NCBI GenBank assembly: GCA_017469445.1
Contig: JAFUGK010000015.1
Span: 75,964 to 139,963, forward strand
Direction: 5' to 3'
Length of the DNA: 64,000 nucleotides
Origin: Clostridia bacterium
Lineage (GTDB): Bacteria; Bacillota; Clostridia; TANB77; CAG-508
Of this stretch, positions 1 to 9,793 are shown one piece after another; position 1 is the first letter of the stretch, and each line of letters opens with the position of its first letter. The notes beneath the pieces were generated by a model that saw nothing but the letters and a program-made list of their open reading frames with translations, was not told the origin of the DNA and searched no databases. A program made the position numbers and the translations under genes.

Positions 1-99
1 TCTCGGTTCGAAGGTTGCTACTACGTTGTTTACATTCACATAGATATGCGGTCAGACATCCGGGAACGCGATCGTGTTAGATAAGTCCATGTAATTTTT

Positions 100-137
100 A
101 GGCAACTAGTTTTTAATTAGTTGCCTATTTTCTTTTT
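100..137 (+). terminator. Putative intrinsic terminator for a gene upstream of the window
   Basis: Inverted repeat aggcaacta / tagttgcct followed by a T-run (attttctttttt). Confidence 0.4.
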
Positions 138-153
138 TAAAGGAGTTAAAACT

Positions 154-948
154 ATGTATATAAAAGAAATTATAGAATCACAAATTGCAAACGAAAATAG
201 ACATCTTTTTATGTATGGATATAATAGTAATAAAAGAGAACAATTATTAAAAGGTATTTCAGAAAAATATCCTTTTAATTTTAATGATAATAAATCTTGC
301 ATCGTGTATATTGATGAAATAGGATTACCCAATATCACTACAAATGCAAAAAATTTAGATCCTGTAAAAATAAAAAGAATTGCAATTAGTTTTTTAGAGT
401 TTAGCATTATACAAAATATAGCAAATAGAATAAATAATACAGACATTAAAGATGATGATAGATTAAGTGAATTAATAGATGAATTTAATTCTATTTCAAA
501 TATACAATATGAAAATCTTGATGAAATAATTTCAAGTTTGGAAAAATCAAAAAAGTTCTATTGTAGTTTTTATGAAGAATATTTAAAAACTGGAAATGAT
601 GAATTTGGAAAAAAACATTTTTCTGATTTGGATATTACTTTTATCCCAGATTTAAGTATGTTTGTTAGAGATATTCAAGAAGCAACAAATAATAACGCTT
701 CTTTTCAAATACTTTTAGACAGAAAAGAAAAAATTCCAGTAGTTTCTGTAATGGCTATTAATTCAATTATTAATATGAGATGCAATAAAGAGCTTTCTAT
801 AAAAGTTGCTTGTTCTCCTGACGAATGGGAAACTTATGCTGATCTTAATAAAAGTTCAATTGATTACATTCATGATTATGGGATTTTAGAATTAGATGAT
901 TCATATAATAAATATTTAAAAAACAAAGACTTTACAATTGATGATTAA
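154..948 (+). CDS. Hypothetical protein (264 aa)
   Basis: Long ORF. RBS aaaggag lies 8 nt upstream of ATG at 154 (MYIKEII...). I recognise no domain. Confidence 0.6.
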   Translation: MYIKEIIESQIANENRHLFMYGYNSNKREQLLKGISEKYPFNFNDNKSCIVYIDEIGLPNITTNAKNLDPVKIKRIAISFLEFSIIQNIANRINNTDIKDDDRLSELIDEFNSISNIQYENLDEIISSLEKSKKFYCSFYEEYLKTGNDEFGKKHFSDLDITFIPDLSMFVRDIQEATNNNASFQILLDRKEKIPVVSVMAINSIINMRCNKELSIKVACSPDEWETYADLNKSSIDYIHDYGILELDDSYNKYLKNKDFTIDD

Positions 949-993
949 GTATAAAAGTGGTGAGAAATGTAAATTTCCCACCACTTTTTCACA

Positions 994-1380
994 TTATGCA
1001 TTTAACTCTTTTTTCAGCATCTCTCCAATTTCATATTCTGTTTTGTCCCAATTTTTTTCTTTTAGCTTTTCATAGCGTTTCCCCAGTTCTTCTTCCAAAA
1101 GCATATTCTTTGTAATATTGATATTCACCGCAGCAAGCATTTTTTCTAACAACTCTTCAGGAAGATATTTTCTAGGAGTTAAATGTGCCCCGCAAAGCAA
1201 GCAATAAGTTCGTATCTTAGAAATACCCAAATCCTTATTTTCTACTGTAACTGTAATCTCATGATTACACTCTTTTTGTAAGACTTTCAACTCCTTGTGC
1301 AAAACCCAATCTTCATACCGGATTCTCTGTAATTCATTTTCGATTTTCTTTTTTCGTTTAAAAACATTGAACTTACTCAT
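994..1380 (-). CDS. Hypothetical zinc-ribbon protein (CxxH...CxxCG), paralog of 14961..15413
   Basis: Intact ORF. Motif QKECNHEI...CLLCGAHL is shared with the 150-aa ORF at 14961..15413. N-terminal half is coiled-coil-like. Confidence 0.55.
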   Translation of the reverse strand: MSKFNVFKRKKKIENELQRIRYEDWVLHKELKVLQKECNHEITVTVENKDLGISKIRTYCLLCGAHLTPRKYLPEELLEKMLAAVNINITKNMLLEEELGKRYEKLKEKNWDKTEYEIGEMLKKELNA

Positions 1381-1461
1381 AATGCACCCTCCTCTTAGTA
1401 TTCGGAGGTTTTGCCTCCGAAAACAATCATTTCAAAGGCAACAAAATTATGTTACTCGATA

Positions 1462-1490
1462 ATTATATTATACTTTACATAAAAAGTCAA
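1462..1490 (-). promoter_or_regulatory. Sigma-A type promoter for 994..1380
   Basis: Minus strand reads TTGACT, a 17-nt spacer, then TATAAT. The 5' UTR has a perfect hairpin ttcggagg-ttttg-cctccgaa at 1404..1424. Confidence 0.4.
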
Positions 1491-1607
1491 CTTTTGTTGA
1501 AAGCCCTATTCTTTTGTGCTATAATAATTATGTAAATTTGTCTTGCTATTAGCAAGTTTTAAAAACTAGTAACTCATTAAGATAATTATTTTAAGGAGGA
1601 TAAAAAA

Positions 1608-2225
1608 ATGAAATCATCTGAAAAGCGGTATCTTGTTAGAGGTTGGAGTGGCTTTTTTACCCCTTTCACAGCAACAGAATTGTATGAAAGAGTAATTAAA
1701 GATTGTCAAACCAAATTCAATTGGTTTACATCTGCCGAAGAACTCGTTAGAGTTTGTGAGACTACTGGTTTTCCAATTGAATATGCAACAGAAATTAAAG
1801 CAGCCATTCTTAATTGTTTTGCAAATGGCCAATTTCAAAAGGAAAATTGGGGATTCGCTTGCATTTATTCTGGAAAAGACCTTAAAGCACTTTACCACTG
1901 CTATAACTCTTTGCCAGTTACAGACAAACCTCTTTTTGATATTAAGAAAAAGTATTTGTTTGCACTGATAAAAGATGTTAGCGACACTCACTACCCCATT
2001 CCTATTCACCCAAATTCTCACGTCTACACTGAGGTTTGTGAAAACTGGATTAACAGACAATTCGAAAGAAACATTTTTAGGGATGATATTAATTTTCCAA
2101 ACTTTATCACCTATTTACATGAAAATTTTGAAACTGAAATCGAAATTGCTGAGAAAAAGGGATTGTTCCAAAAAGATGATGAGGAAATGAAGAAACGATT
2201 TTCAAAGTATGATGAGATTTTTTAA
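1608..2225 (+). CDS. Hypothetical protein (205 aa)
   Basis: RBS aaggagga precedes ATG. ORF is intact and no domain is recognised. Confidence 0.55.
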   Translation: MKSSEKRYLVRGWSGFFTPFTATELYERVIKDCQTKFNWFTSAEELVRVCETTGFPIEYATEIKAAILNCFANGQFQKENWGFACIYSGKDLKALYHCYNSLPVTDKPLFDIKKKYLFALIKDVSDTHYPIPIHPNSHVYTEVCENWINRQFERNIFRDDINFPNFITYLHENFETEIEIAEKKGLFQKDDEEMKKRFSKYDEIF

Positions 2226-2252
2226 GAGCCCTTATAGGGCTCTCTTTCTATT
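2225..2252. terminator. Bidirectional terminator between convergent genes
   Basis: Hairpin agagccc-ttat-agggctct lies between the stops of 1608..2225 (+) and 2248..2460 (-). Confidence 0.5.
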
Positions 2253-2460
2253 TCCATAATTTATTCATTTTTTCTTGCATCTCTTCTTTTCTTTTTTCTG
2301 TTTCTTCTTTGCTTATTTCATATATCCCAGAGTTTTCTATTAGTACATCTCCTTCTTTTACATCAATTGGCAATTTTGATAATTCTAAATTTACCATATC
2401 TCCATCTTGATCCTCGCATACTGCAAAAAACGCTTCTATTCTATCTACTATATATCTCAT
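2248..2460 (-). CDS. DUF3006-family small protein
   Basis: A 70-aa protein (MRYIVDRIE...AVCE...DG...LP...KEGDVL) typical of DUF3006, immediately downstream of an MBL-fold ComEC-like gene. Confidence 0.55.
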   Translation of the reverse strand: MRYIVDRIEAFFAVCEDQDGDMVNLELSKLPIDVKEGDVLIENSGIYEISKEETEKRKEEMQEKMNKLWK

Positions 2461-3387
2461 TTAGTTTTTCTCCTTTTCAACATTTAAATATATATCTTTT
2501 AAAGTCTTTACTCTATTAGTATATCCATCGCTAGTAATAAGTATTGTTCCATCTTCATACGTTCTATATATCTTTATTTTTCTTGCATTTAATCTATTTA
2601 ATATCACTTGATGTGGATGCCAATAATCATTATTCTTTCCGCACATTATTACTGCTATATCCGGTGCTACTTTATCTAGGAACTCTTCTGTTGAACTGCT
2701 ATTAGATCCATGATGTGCAACTTTTAGTACATTTGCTTTTATGTCATAACCGCTATCTATTATTGCTTTTTCTCCATCTGCTTCTACATCTCCTGTAAAC
2801 AAATATGATAATCTTCCAAATTCCATTTTTAACACTATAGAGGAATTATTTAAATTTTCTTCATTATCATCCGTGTGTAATATTTTAAAATTACATTCTC
2901 CTAGCTTAAATGTTTTTCCTATTACAGGTGTTGTAATGTTTAATCCTTTACTTTCAATTGCTTTTATCACATCTTCAAAGCTTTTAGTAGTTGTTGCAAC
3001 TTTAGGCATATATATTTTGCCTATATCAAAATTATTTATTATATTGTCTAAACCGCCTATGTGATCTTCATGTGGATGAGTTCCTACTAATACATCTATT
3101 TTTTCTATAGCTTGAGCTTTTAAAAATTCTACTATTTCATTTCCATCTTCATTGTTACCTGCATCTATTATCATATTTTTTCCGCCATTTTGTATTAGTA
3201 TGCAATCAGCTTCTCCAACATTTAAATAATATATTTTAAGTTCAGAACTAACTTCAACTACCTTATTTATGGCTTCTACTTCAGATTTATCATTTTGCAA
3301 ATATATTCCAACAAACAATAATATTATTAGAAACAATATATACACTACTTTTGACATTTTACGTTCGTATTTTTTCTTTTTCCCCAT
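2461..3387 (-). CDS. MBL-fold metallo-hydrolase, ComEC C-terminal-domain-like, membrane anchored
   Basis: HPHEDHIGG and VAHHGS motifs plus an N-terminal TM segment. Confidence 0.75.
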   Translation of the reverse strand: MGKKKKYERKMSKVVYILFLIILLFVGIYLQNDKSEVEAINKVVEVSSELKIYYLNVGEADCILIQNGGKNMIIDAGNNEDGNEIVEFLKAQAIEKIDVLVGTHPHEDHIGGLDNIINNFDIGKIYMPKVATTTKSFEDVIKAIESKGLNITTPVIGKTFKLGECNFKILHTDDNEENLNNSSIVLKMEFGRLSYLFTGDVEADGEKAIIDSGYDIKANVLKVAHHGSNSSSTEEFLDKVAPDIAVIMCGKNNDYWHPHQVILNRLNARKIKIYRTYEDGTILITSDGYTNRVKTLKDIYLNVEKEKN

Positions 3388-3411
3388 TTTATCCCTCGTT
3401 TCTTAAAGTGA

Positions 3412-4911
3412 TTATACTTTTTCTTTTTTAGGTAAATCTAATTCAAAATAGAACTCTACACCATCATCTCTATTATATACTCCGAAGTCATTTCCATAAT
3501 TTGTCATTATTGCCTTTACAAAAGATAGACCAATTCCTGTACCTCCATTTTCTCTATTTCTTGATGTATCTACTTTGTAAAATCTTTTCCAGATTCTTGT
3601 CAGATCTTCTTCTTTTAATTTTTCACCTGTATTAAAGACCTCTACTCTTGCTTTATCATTATTCTTATTTACTTTTACAACAATTTGTTTGTTACCATTT
3701 ACTTCCTCCACGTTTTTTATTGCATTAGTTATATAATTAGTTACAACTTGTTCTATATAGAAATCATCTGCATATACAAATATTGGTTCTTTTGGTTCAA
3801 ATTTTACAAGCACATCTTGATTTCCTATCATTACAGATGTTTTTCTTATTACTTCTTTTATAAGTTCTGTAATGTCAAATTCGGTATTATTTAATTCTCG
3901 TTTTCCATATTCTAGTTTCATAAGTTCTAATAATTGTTTTACTAATTTATCCATTCTGTTTGCTTCATCTTGTATTACTTCTGCATAAAATTTTCTACTT
4001 TCTTCATCTGTTGTAACATTTTCTGTTAATCCCTCTGCATATCCTTGTATAAGTGCTATTGGAGTTTTTAATTCATGAGATACATCTGAAATAAATTGTT
4101 TTCTCATTTCATCTATTTTTGATTTTTCTTCTATATCTTTTTCTAACTCTATATTATTTTTTTGTAATTCGTTTATTGTTTTTTGCAATTTATCAGACAT
4201 TATATTTATACTTTTACCTAAATTATCAAGCTCATCATCAGCACCTGTTTCAACATATTTCTGTGTGAAGTCTAAATTAGACATTCTTCTAGCTATATTA
4301 TTCAGCTGCAATATTGGATTTGTATATTTACTAGAAATAATAGATACTACAACTCCTCCAACTAATACTGTAAATGTTCCTATTAAAAATAATAAATTAT
4401 TAGAAATTTCAACACTATCTTGTATAGAAGCAACAGATAAACGAATATATAGTTTATATCCATTATCTAGTTTAGCTGTTAATAAAGCAATATTAGATGA
4501 GGTTTTACTGTCTTGAATTGTCCTTATTTGCACATTTTCCCTATGATATATCATATTATTATCATTATTATCTAATATAGCAATTCTACTCACCGAATCC
4601 CAAAAATTTTTATTAGACGAATATATGCTTATGTCTTCATCTGTTTTTAATATGATTTCAAAATTATTTCTTATAGATATTCTTTCTAATTCTAAATCTA
4701 TATCTATTGTTTTATTATCACTATTATAATATGTATTTACTCTTCTATATACATCAAGTAAAGTATTTACTTTTGAATATAGGTAATATTTTTCTAATAC
4801 AACACTATTTATGAAAATAAGTAAAAATACTATTATTGCAACAACTACAGTTAGAGTCACAAATAATTTCATTTTTATAGATTTCAAAGCCTTTGGTATT
4901 TTCATACACAT
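3412..4911 (-). CDS. Sensor histidine kinase (two TM, HAMP, HisKA, HATPase_c)
   Basis: H-box SHELKTPIALI and G-box GGTGIGLS. Confidence 0.85.
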   Translation of the reverse strand: MCMKIPKALKSIKMKLFVTLTVVVAIIVFLLIFINSVVLEKYYLYSKVNTLLDVYRRVNTYYNSDNKTIDIDLELERISIRNNFEIILKTDEDISIYSSNKNFWDSVSRIAILDNNDNNMIYHRENVQIRTIQDSKTSSNIALLTAKLDNGYKLYIRLSVASIQDSVEISNNLLFLIGTFTVLVGGVVVSIISSKYTNPILQLNNIARRMSNLDFTQKYVETGADDELDNLGKSINIMSDKLQKTINELQKNNIELEKDIEEKSKIDEMRKQFISDVSHELKTPIALIQGYAEGLTENVTTDEESRKFYAEVIQDEANRMDKLVKQLLELMKLEYGKRELNNTEFDITELIKEVIRKTSVMIGNQDVLVKFEPKEPIFVYADDFYIEQVVTNYITNAIKNVEEVNGNKQIVVKVNKNNDKARVEVFNTGEKLKEEDLTRIWKRFYKVDTSRNRENGGTGIGLSFVKAIMTNYGNDFGVYNRDDGVEFYFELDLPKKEKV

Positions 4912-4918
4912 TCACCCT

Positions 4919-5599
4919 CTATTTTGTTTCAAATTTATATCCTATTCCTCTTATAGTTTTTATGTATTTTCCCTTTTTACCAAGCTTATGTCTTATCTTT
5001 TTTATATGACTATCTATTGTTCTAGAATCCCCATAATAGTCATAATTCCATACATTATTTAAAATTTTATCTCTAGATAATGCAATATTTTCGTTATCTA
5101 CTAAATATTTTAAAAGTTCATATTCCCTTAAGCTCATTTCTACTGATTTACCATCAACTTCTACTGTCCTTCCTTCATTATCTATTACAATTCCAGCAAA
5201 ATCTTTCTTACTATTTCCGTCTTCTCCATATACTCGTTTTAAAATTGCATCTACTCTAGCCACTAGTATTTTAGGGCTAAATGGTTTTGCTATGTATTCA
5301 TCTACACCAAGTTCAAACCCAAATAATTCATCTTGTTCTTCTCCCCTTGCTGTAAGCATTATAATTGGTACTTTTGAATCTTGCCTTATTTGCCTTAAAA
5401 CAGACCATCCATCAAGTTTAGGCATCATAACATCTAGCAGTATTAGTTTTATTTTATCCTTTTCTTGGTTAAATACTTGTATTGCCTTTTCTCCATCTTC
5501 TGCTTCTAATATATTGTACTCTTTTTGTTTTAAAAAATCCTTGATTAATTTTCTCATTCTAGATTCATCATCTACAATAAGCACTGTCATACCTTTCAT
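4919..5599 (-). CDS. OmpR-family response regulator
   Basis: Receiver domain VLIVDDE...LLDVMMP followed by a winged-helix C-terminus. Forms an operon with the HK. Confidence 0.85.
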   Translation of the reverse strand: MKGMTVLIVDDESRMRKLIKDFLKQKEYNILEAEDGEKAIQVFNQEKDKIKLILLDVMMPKLDGWSVLRQIRQDSKVPIIMLTARGEEQDELFGFELGVDEYIAKPFSPKILVARVDAILKRVYGEDGNSKKDFAGIVIDNEGRTVEVDGKSVEMSLREYELLKYLVDNENIALSRDKILNNVWNYDYYGDSRTIDSHIKKIRHKLGKKGKYIKTIRGIGYKFETK

Positions 5600-5738
5600 A
5601 ATATTCCTCCTGACTTTGTATTTTATTATAATTGTTTTTTGTGTCTGTATTGTGAATATTTTTTGTAATTATATCACATTTTGTATTGAAAAAATATAAT
5701 TCTAGAGTTAAAATAAACTTAAAAAGAATGTAACCTTA

Positions 5739-5826
5739 AAAACTGACATTACTAATTCATATGGGTAGGGGACATTTCTTAACACTAAAGAAGTGACCTT
5801 GGGGAAAGAAGTGTCCCCTGTCATTA
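5739..5826 (-). repeat. Dispersed intergenic repeat, family B copy 1 (GGGGACACTTCTTTCC ... TTAAGAAATGTCCCC hairpin element)
   Basis: Reverse-complement match to copies at 13079..13176, 44923..45016 and 55292..55385. Confidence 0.7.
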
Positions 5827-5838
5827 GAAAGGTAAAAA

Positions 5839-7020
5839 ATGGATTATAAATTTTTATTAGATATCGGATTAATTATTTTAGTTGTAAAAGTTTTAGAATT
5901 AATTACAAAAAAATTTCATGCTCCAAGAATTTTAGGTTCTCTGCTTTCTGGAGTTCTATTAGGACCAGCAATTTTTAATATTGTTCAGTCTAGTGCTCCT
6001 ATAGAGTTCATTTCCAAAATAGGAATTATATTAATAATGTTTGTAGCTGGTATGGAAACTAGTTTAAAGCATTTCTTTGCGGGTGCAAGGAAATTTGCTA
6101 TAATTGCCCTTCTTGGTGTTATAGTTCCACTAGCATTAGGATTTTTATATAGTTTTTCATATACTTTTGATTTGAAAGTAAATTTATTCTTTGGAGTTGT
6201 TATTACCGCAACTTCTGCAAGTATTACTTTGCAATCTTTAATTGAAATGAAAAAAATCAAAACAAGTGTTGGTACAGCTATTTTAGGTGCTGGTGTTGTA
6301 GACGATATTATTGGAATATTATTTTTAACAATAATTATTAATTCAGGTCATTTAAATCTAGGCGGTCTAATAGTAGTTGGCATAGAAATAGCTATATTCT
6401 TCCTAGTTGCCATCTTACTTGCATATATAATGCACCATATATTCCAATTTTTTGAAAGGAAATATCCTCCAAACGAAAAATTACCAATTTTTTCACTTGC
6501 GATTGCCTTAATATTTTCATATTTTGCAGAAAGATTTGGTGTTAGCGGTGTAATTGGTGCATATATTGCAGGTTTAGCCATTGGTAATACAAAACAAGCT
6601 CACTACATAAAAGAACATGTAGACTCTCTTGTATATATGTTTTTTGCTCCAATATTCTTTGCAAGTATAGGACTAAAATTGCAAACACTAGCTCTTCCTT
6701 TTAATACTTGGTTATTTGTTATATTTTTCGTAGTCATAGCTATTTGTGGTAAATTAATTGGAAATGGTTTTGGTGCTAAAATATGCGGATACTCTAAGCT
6801 AGAATGTGTTCAAATTGGATTAGGTATGGCTACTAGAGGCGAAGTTGCTTTAATTATGGTCGAAGAAGCATTAAAAGTAAATCTTATTAATTATGAGGCT
6901 TTTTCATTAATTGTTATCAGCATTTTACTTATTGCAATTATAAGTCCAATACTGTTTACATTAAGTTTTAAACCTTCTTTTGAAAAAAATTTAGAAAAGC
7001 CAAGTGTTTCTGCTGGTTAG
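5839..7020 (+). CDS. Cation:proton antiporter, CPA2 family (NapA/KefB-like)
   Basis: 393-aa polytopic membrane protein with a typical CPA2 N-terminus (ILGSLLSGVLLGP). Confidence 0.7.
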   Translation: MDYKFLLDIGLIILVVKVLELITKKFHAPRILGSLLSGVLLGPAIFNIVQSSAPIEFISKIGIILIMFVAGMETSLKHFFAGARKFAIIALLGVIVPLALGFLYSFSYTFDLKVNLFFGVVITATSASITLQSLIEMKKIKTSVGTAILGAGVVDDIIGILFLTIIINSGHLNLGGLIVVGIEIAIFFLVAILLAYIMHHIFQFFERKYPPNEKLPIFSLAIALIFSYFAERFGVSGVIGAYIAGLAIGNTKQAHYIKEHVDSLVYMFFAPIFFASIGLKLQTLALPFNTWLFVIFFVVIAICGKLIGNGFGAKICGYSKLECVQIGLGMATRGEVALIMVEEALKVNLINYEAFSLIVISILLIAIISPILFTLSFKPSFEKNLEKPSVSAG

Positions 7021-7086
7021 AATTTGACATAATATATAAATTCATTATATAATATAGGTACATACTAAAATAAGGAGGTTGTAATT

Positions 7087-7308
7087 ATGCTCAGTTACAA
7101 AAGTCGGAAGCTAATTAAGATTTTGCAGCAAATTACAAATTCTCACTCCACTATAGTGGAGGATTTGGCACTGCAAGCAAGAGAAGCCGTTATTTCAGAG
7201 CATTTGAGTCATTTACTTCTGGAACTTGCGGATAATCCGCATCGTTTTGAAGTTCATGATGATCTGCTCGATGAGATTATCGAACGTCTCGAAAGTGAAA
7301 TGATTTAA
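7087..7308 (+). CDS. Small hypothetical protein (73 aa) with atypically high GC, possible HTH fragment
   Basis: RBS aaggagg. Local GC is about 40% against about 27% for neighbours. It is followed by terminator 7336..7368. Confidence 0.35.
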   Translation: MLSYKSRKLIKILQQITNSHSTIVEDLALQAREAVISEHLSHLLLELADNPHRFEVHDDLLDEIIERLESEMI

Positions 7309-7335
7309 AAGTTTCTTTGATTGCTTGCGAAAAAT

Positions 7336-7368
7336 GGAGTTGTGATTCACAACTCCTTAATTTTTTTC
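7336..7368 (+). terminator. Intrinsic terminator
   Basis: Hairpin ggagttgtg-att-cacaactcc followed by tttttttc. Confidence 0.55.
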
Positions 7369-7370
7369 AA

Positions 7371-7400
7371 AAAAACAGATGCTTAAAAAGCATCTGTTTA
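7371..7400 (-). terminator. Intrinsic terminator downstream of rpsR
   Basis: Minus strand shows hairpin aaacagatgc-ttttta-agcatctgttt followed by a T-run. Confidence 0.55.
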
Positions 7401-7409
7401 TAATAATCA

Positions 7410-7697
7410 TTAATTTTGTGAAAATGGTAATACAGCAATATGTCTTGCTCTTTTAACTGCTAATGTTATAGTTCTTTGATGTTTTGCACAAGCACCTGTT
7501 GCTCTTCTAGGTAATATTTTACCTTTTTCATTTATGTATTTTCTTAATTGATCACCATTTTTATAATCTAATACTAGATTTTTGTCACTGCATAGTGGAC
7601 AAACCTTTTTTCTTACTTTTCTAAATCTAGGATTAAAATCATCATCATTATTAACATTATTTCTATTTCTCTTGTTGTTTTGTTTTTTATCTGCCAT
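7410..7697 (-). CDS. rpsR: 30S ribosomal protein S18
   Basis: VCPLCSDK...[30 protein letters not shown]. It has an N/D/K-rich N-terminal extension. Confidence 0.9.
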   Translation of the reverse strand: MADKKQNNKRNRNNVNNDDDFNPRFRKVRKKVCPLCSDKNLVLDYKNGDQLRKYINEKGKILPRRATGACAKHQRTITLAVKRARHIAVLPFSQN

Positions 7698-7720
7698 TAT
7701 AATTTACCCCCATTTCTTAC

Positions 7721-8146
7721 TTAGAATGGTAAGTCATCATCAGAAGACACTGTAAATTCTGGAGCTGCTGCTGCTACATTTGATCCAAATGTATTTTCAA
7801 AACTTGCTCCTCCAGATTCTCCATCTCTTTTGCTATCTGCAAAATATGCTTCCTCTGCAACTACCTCTGTTACATAGTGTTTAACATTATTTTCGTCATC
7901 CCAAGTTCTTGTTTGGATTCTTCCAATTATACCAACTTGTTGACCTTTTTTAAAGTATTTACTACAAAATTCTCCTAGCTTACTCCAAGCAACAATATTT
8001 ATAAAATCAGCTTGTCTTTCTTCTCCTTGTCTTACAAATCTTCTGTTTACTGCTAAGCTAAAAGAAGCTACTAATGTATTATTAGTTTGTGTGTACCTAA
8101 CTTCTGGATCTCTTGTTAAACGTCCCATTAAAATTACTTTGTTCAT
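7721..8146 (-). CDS. ssb: Single-stranded DNA-binding protein
   Basis: MNKVILMGRLTRDPE...OB fold with an acidic tail ending DDDLPF. Confidence 0.9.
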   Translation of the reverse strand: MNKVILMGRLTRDPEVRYTQTNNTLVASFSLAVNRRFVRQGEERQADFINIVAWSKLGEFCSKYFKKGQQVGIIGRIQTRTWDDENNVKHYVTEVVAEEAYFADSKRDGESGGASFENTFGSNVAAAAPEFTVSSDDDLPF

Positions 8147-8186
8147 ATTCTCGCACCTTTCTTAATATTTTTAAAAGATACATTAA

Positions 8187-8471
8187 TTAGTCGTTTTCTT
8201 TTACAACTATAAATTTAATAACTTCATCAGTTATTCTGTAAACTCTTTCAAGTTCAGCAATTGATTCTGGTTTTGCCTCAAAGTTAAATACAACGTAATA
8301 TCCTTCTGTATTTTTCTTTATTTCGTAAGCTAATTTTTTCTTACCTACTTCTTCAACTTTTTCAAGCTTACCATTACTATTAATTAAATCTGTGAATTTA
8401 GCAATTAAAGATTTTATTCCTTGCTCCTCTACAGACGGATTAATAATAATTACACTTTCGTATTTATTCAT
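8187..8471 (-). CDS. rpsF: 30S ribosomal protein S6
   Basis: MNKYESVIIINP... with RBS gggaggtg upstream. The start was moved from the track ORF to the internal ATG at 8471. Confidence 0.85.
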   Translation of the reverse strand: MNKYESVIIINPSVEEQGIKSLIAKFTDLINSNGKLEKVEEVGKKKLAYEIKKNTEGYYVVFNFEAKPESIAELERVYRITDEVIKFIVVKEND

Positions 8472-8637
8472 TCCGTTCACCTCCCTTTTGGATATAAAAC
8501 CTACACTTTTTCTTGTGTAAGTAAGGAAATAAATAGCCAAAAGCTATTTTTTCGACTGTTATATTTTACCATAGATATTTGTAAAATGCAATACTAAAGT
8601 ACCAAAAACGCTCGAAATATTATAGCAAGTTTTTTAT

Positions 8638-9060
8638 TTATTTAGGTAATGTATAGTACTTATCTCCTTCATATATTATTCCCTTTGGATAATATATTGT
8701 ATGTGTTTTATCATTAACTATATAAACATCATCACCAGTCCATGTCAAATTTCTTGTTAATATTAAACTTGTAAGTTTACTAATATCTATTATATAATAT
8801 CCATCTTCTGCATCATTAGGATTTTTATTAATAGTAAAATCGTAGTTCCCCTCAAATTTTTCTTTTATAGGTAATACTCCATATTTACTATAATACATAA
8901 AAACACTATCATTTAAGCTTTTTATATCTGCATACATATTATTTAAACTTTTTGTTTTTACCGTATTATTATTTGAAATAATAATTGTTATAGTAACTAT
9001 TATTAAAACTACTATTGCAATTACTAGCACAATCACAGATATTCCACTTTGATTTTTCAA
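8638..9060 (-). CDS. Membrane-anchored hypothetical protein with a pilin-like N-terminus (G-ISVIVLVIAIVVL)
   Basis: N-terminal hydrophobic segment resembles those of the 18103, 54173 and 58231 genes. Confidence 0.5.
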   Translation of the reverse strand: MKNQSGISVIVLVIAIVVLIIVTITIIISNNNTVKTKSLNNMYADIKSLNDSVFMYYSKYGVLPIKEKFEGNYDFTINKNPNDAEDGYYIIDISKLTSLILTRNLTWTGDDVYIVNDKTHTIYYPKGIIYEGDKYYTLPK

Positions 9061-9141
9061 TCTAATCTTTCTCCTTTATAATAGTTTTTCCTTTAAAATA
9101 TATTCATTCTGCCTATATCATACTATTATACATGATTTTTT

Positions 9142-9777
9142 TCAAGGGTTTTGTTTTATTATTCTTTCAACTTTTTCTTTTAAAAAATATCTTTTATTCT
9201 CTTTTATAACTAAGGCCCATAAATACATAAGCATAAATAATATTGCTATATTTTTAAAATAGTAAATTGCTATGCTTCCTGCAAATGTTAATATTATTGC
9301 ACCTATATTAGCAATTTTGTTTGTAACATCTTCTGAAATTTTTCTTCCCTTCATTATATATAATGCGCTTCTTACTATTCTTCCACCATCTAATGGAAAT
9401 ATTGGTAGCATATTGAAAGCAATAATTAGTATATTTGCATATATTAATATTTCTTTTGTAAGATTATCTATAGGTAAATTAAATAGTATTACAATCAATA
9501 TTATAATTAAATTTGTTGCCGGGCCTGCTATTGCAATCAACATTTTTTTTAGTTCAAATTCTTTATTTCTACACCCAAATTCTTCAAAAATTATTGCTAG
9601 TCCAAATGGATTTATTTCTAACTTTTTTGGTTTTAACTTTAATAATAAACCAGCTAATAAATGTCCACATTCATGTATAAAAGCAAGTAACATTAATATT
9701 GCATATACATTTATTTGTCTTGTTAAATAAAATATTATGACAAAAATAAAAATTTGAAGACTTATTTTGATTTGCAT
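9142..9777 (-). CDS. M50-family site-2 metalloprotease (SpoIVFB-like)
   Basis: HExxH motif (HECGHLLAG) in a TM helix. RBS aaagggga precedes the MQIKIS start. It lies directly downstream of an M23/LytM gene, the spoIVFA-spoIVFB arrangement. Confidence 0.65.
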   Translation of the reverse strand: MQIKISLQIFIFVIIFYLTRQINVYAILMLLAFIHECGHLLAGLLLKLKPKKLEINPFGLAIIFEEFGCRNKEFELKKMLIAIAGPATNLIIILIVILFNLPIDNLTKEILIYANILIIAFNMLPIFPLDGGRIVRSALYIMKGRKISEDVTNKIANIGAIILTFAGSIAIYYFKNIAILFMLMYLWALVIKENKRYFLKEKVERIIKQNP

Positions 9778-9793
9778 ATTTTCCCCTTTACAT

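Noticed and set aside
117-446. Antisense and overlapping ORFs from the six-frame track, for example 117..446-, 1614..2060-, 9272..9730+, 16741..17094+, 39577..40197+, 41453..41791+, 43441..44049+, 47030..47767+, 58584..59333+
   Set aside because: They lie inside well-supported genes on the opposite strand. Their composition is low-complexity Ile/Leu/Phe-rich, typical of shadow ORFs in AT-rich DNA, and they have no RBS.
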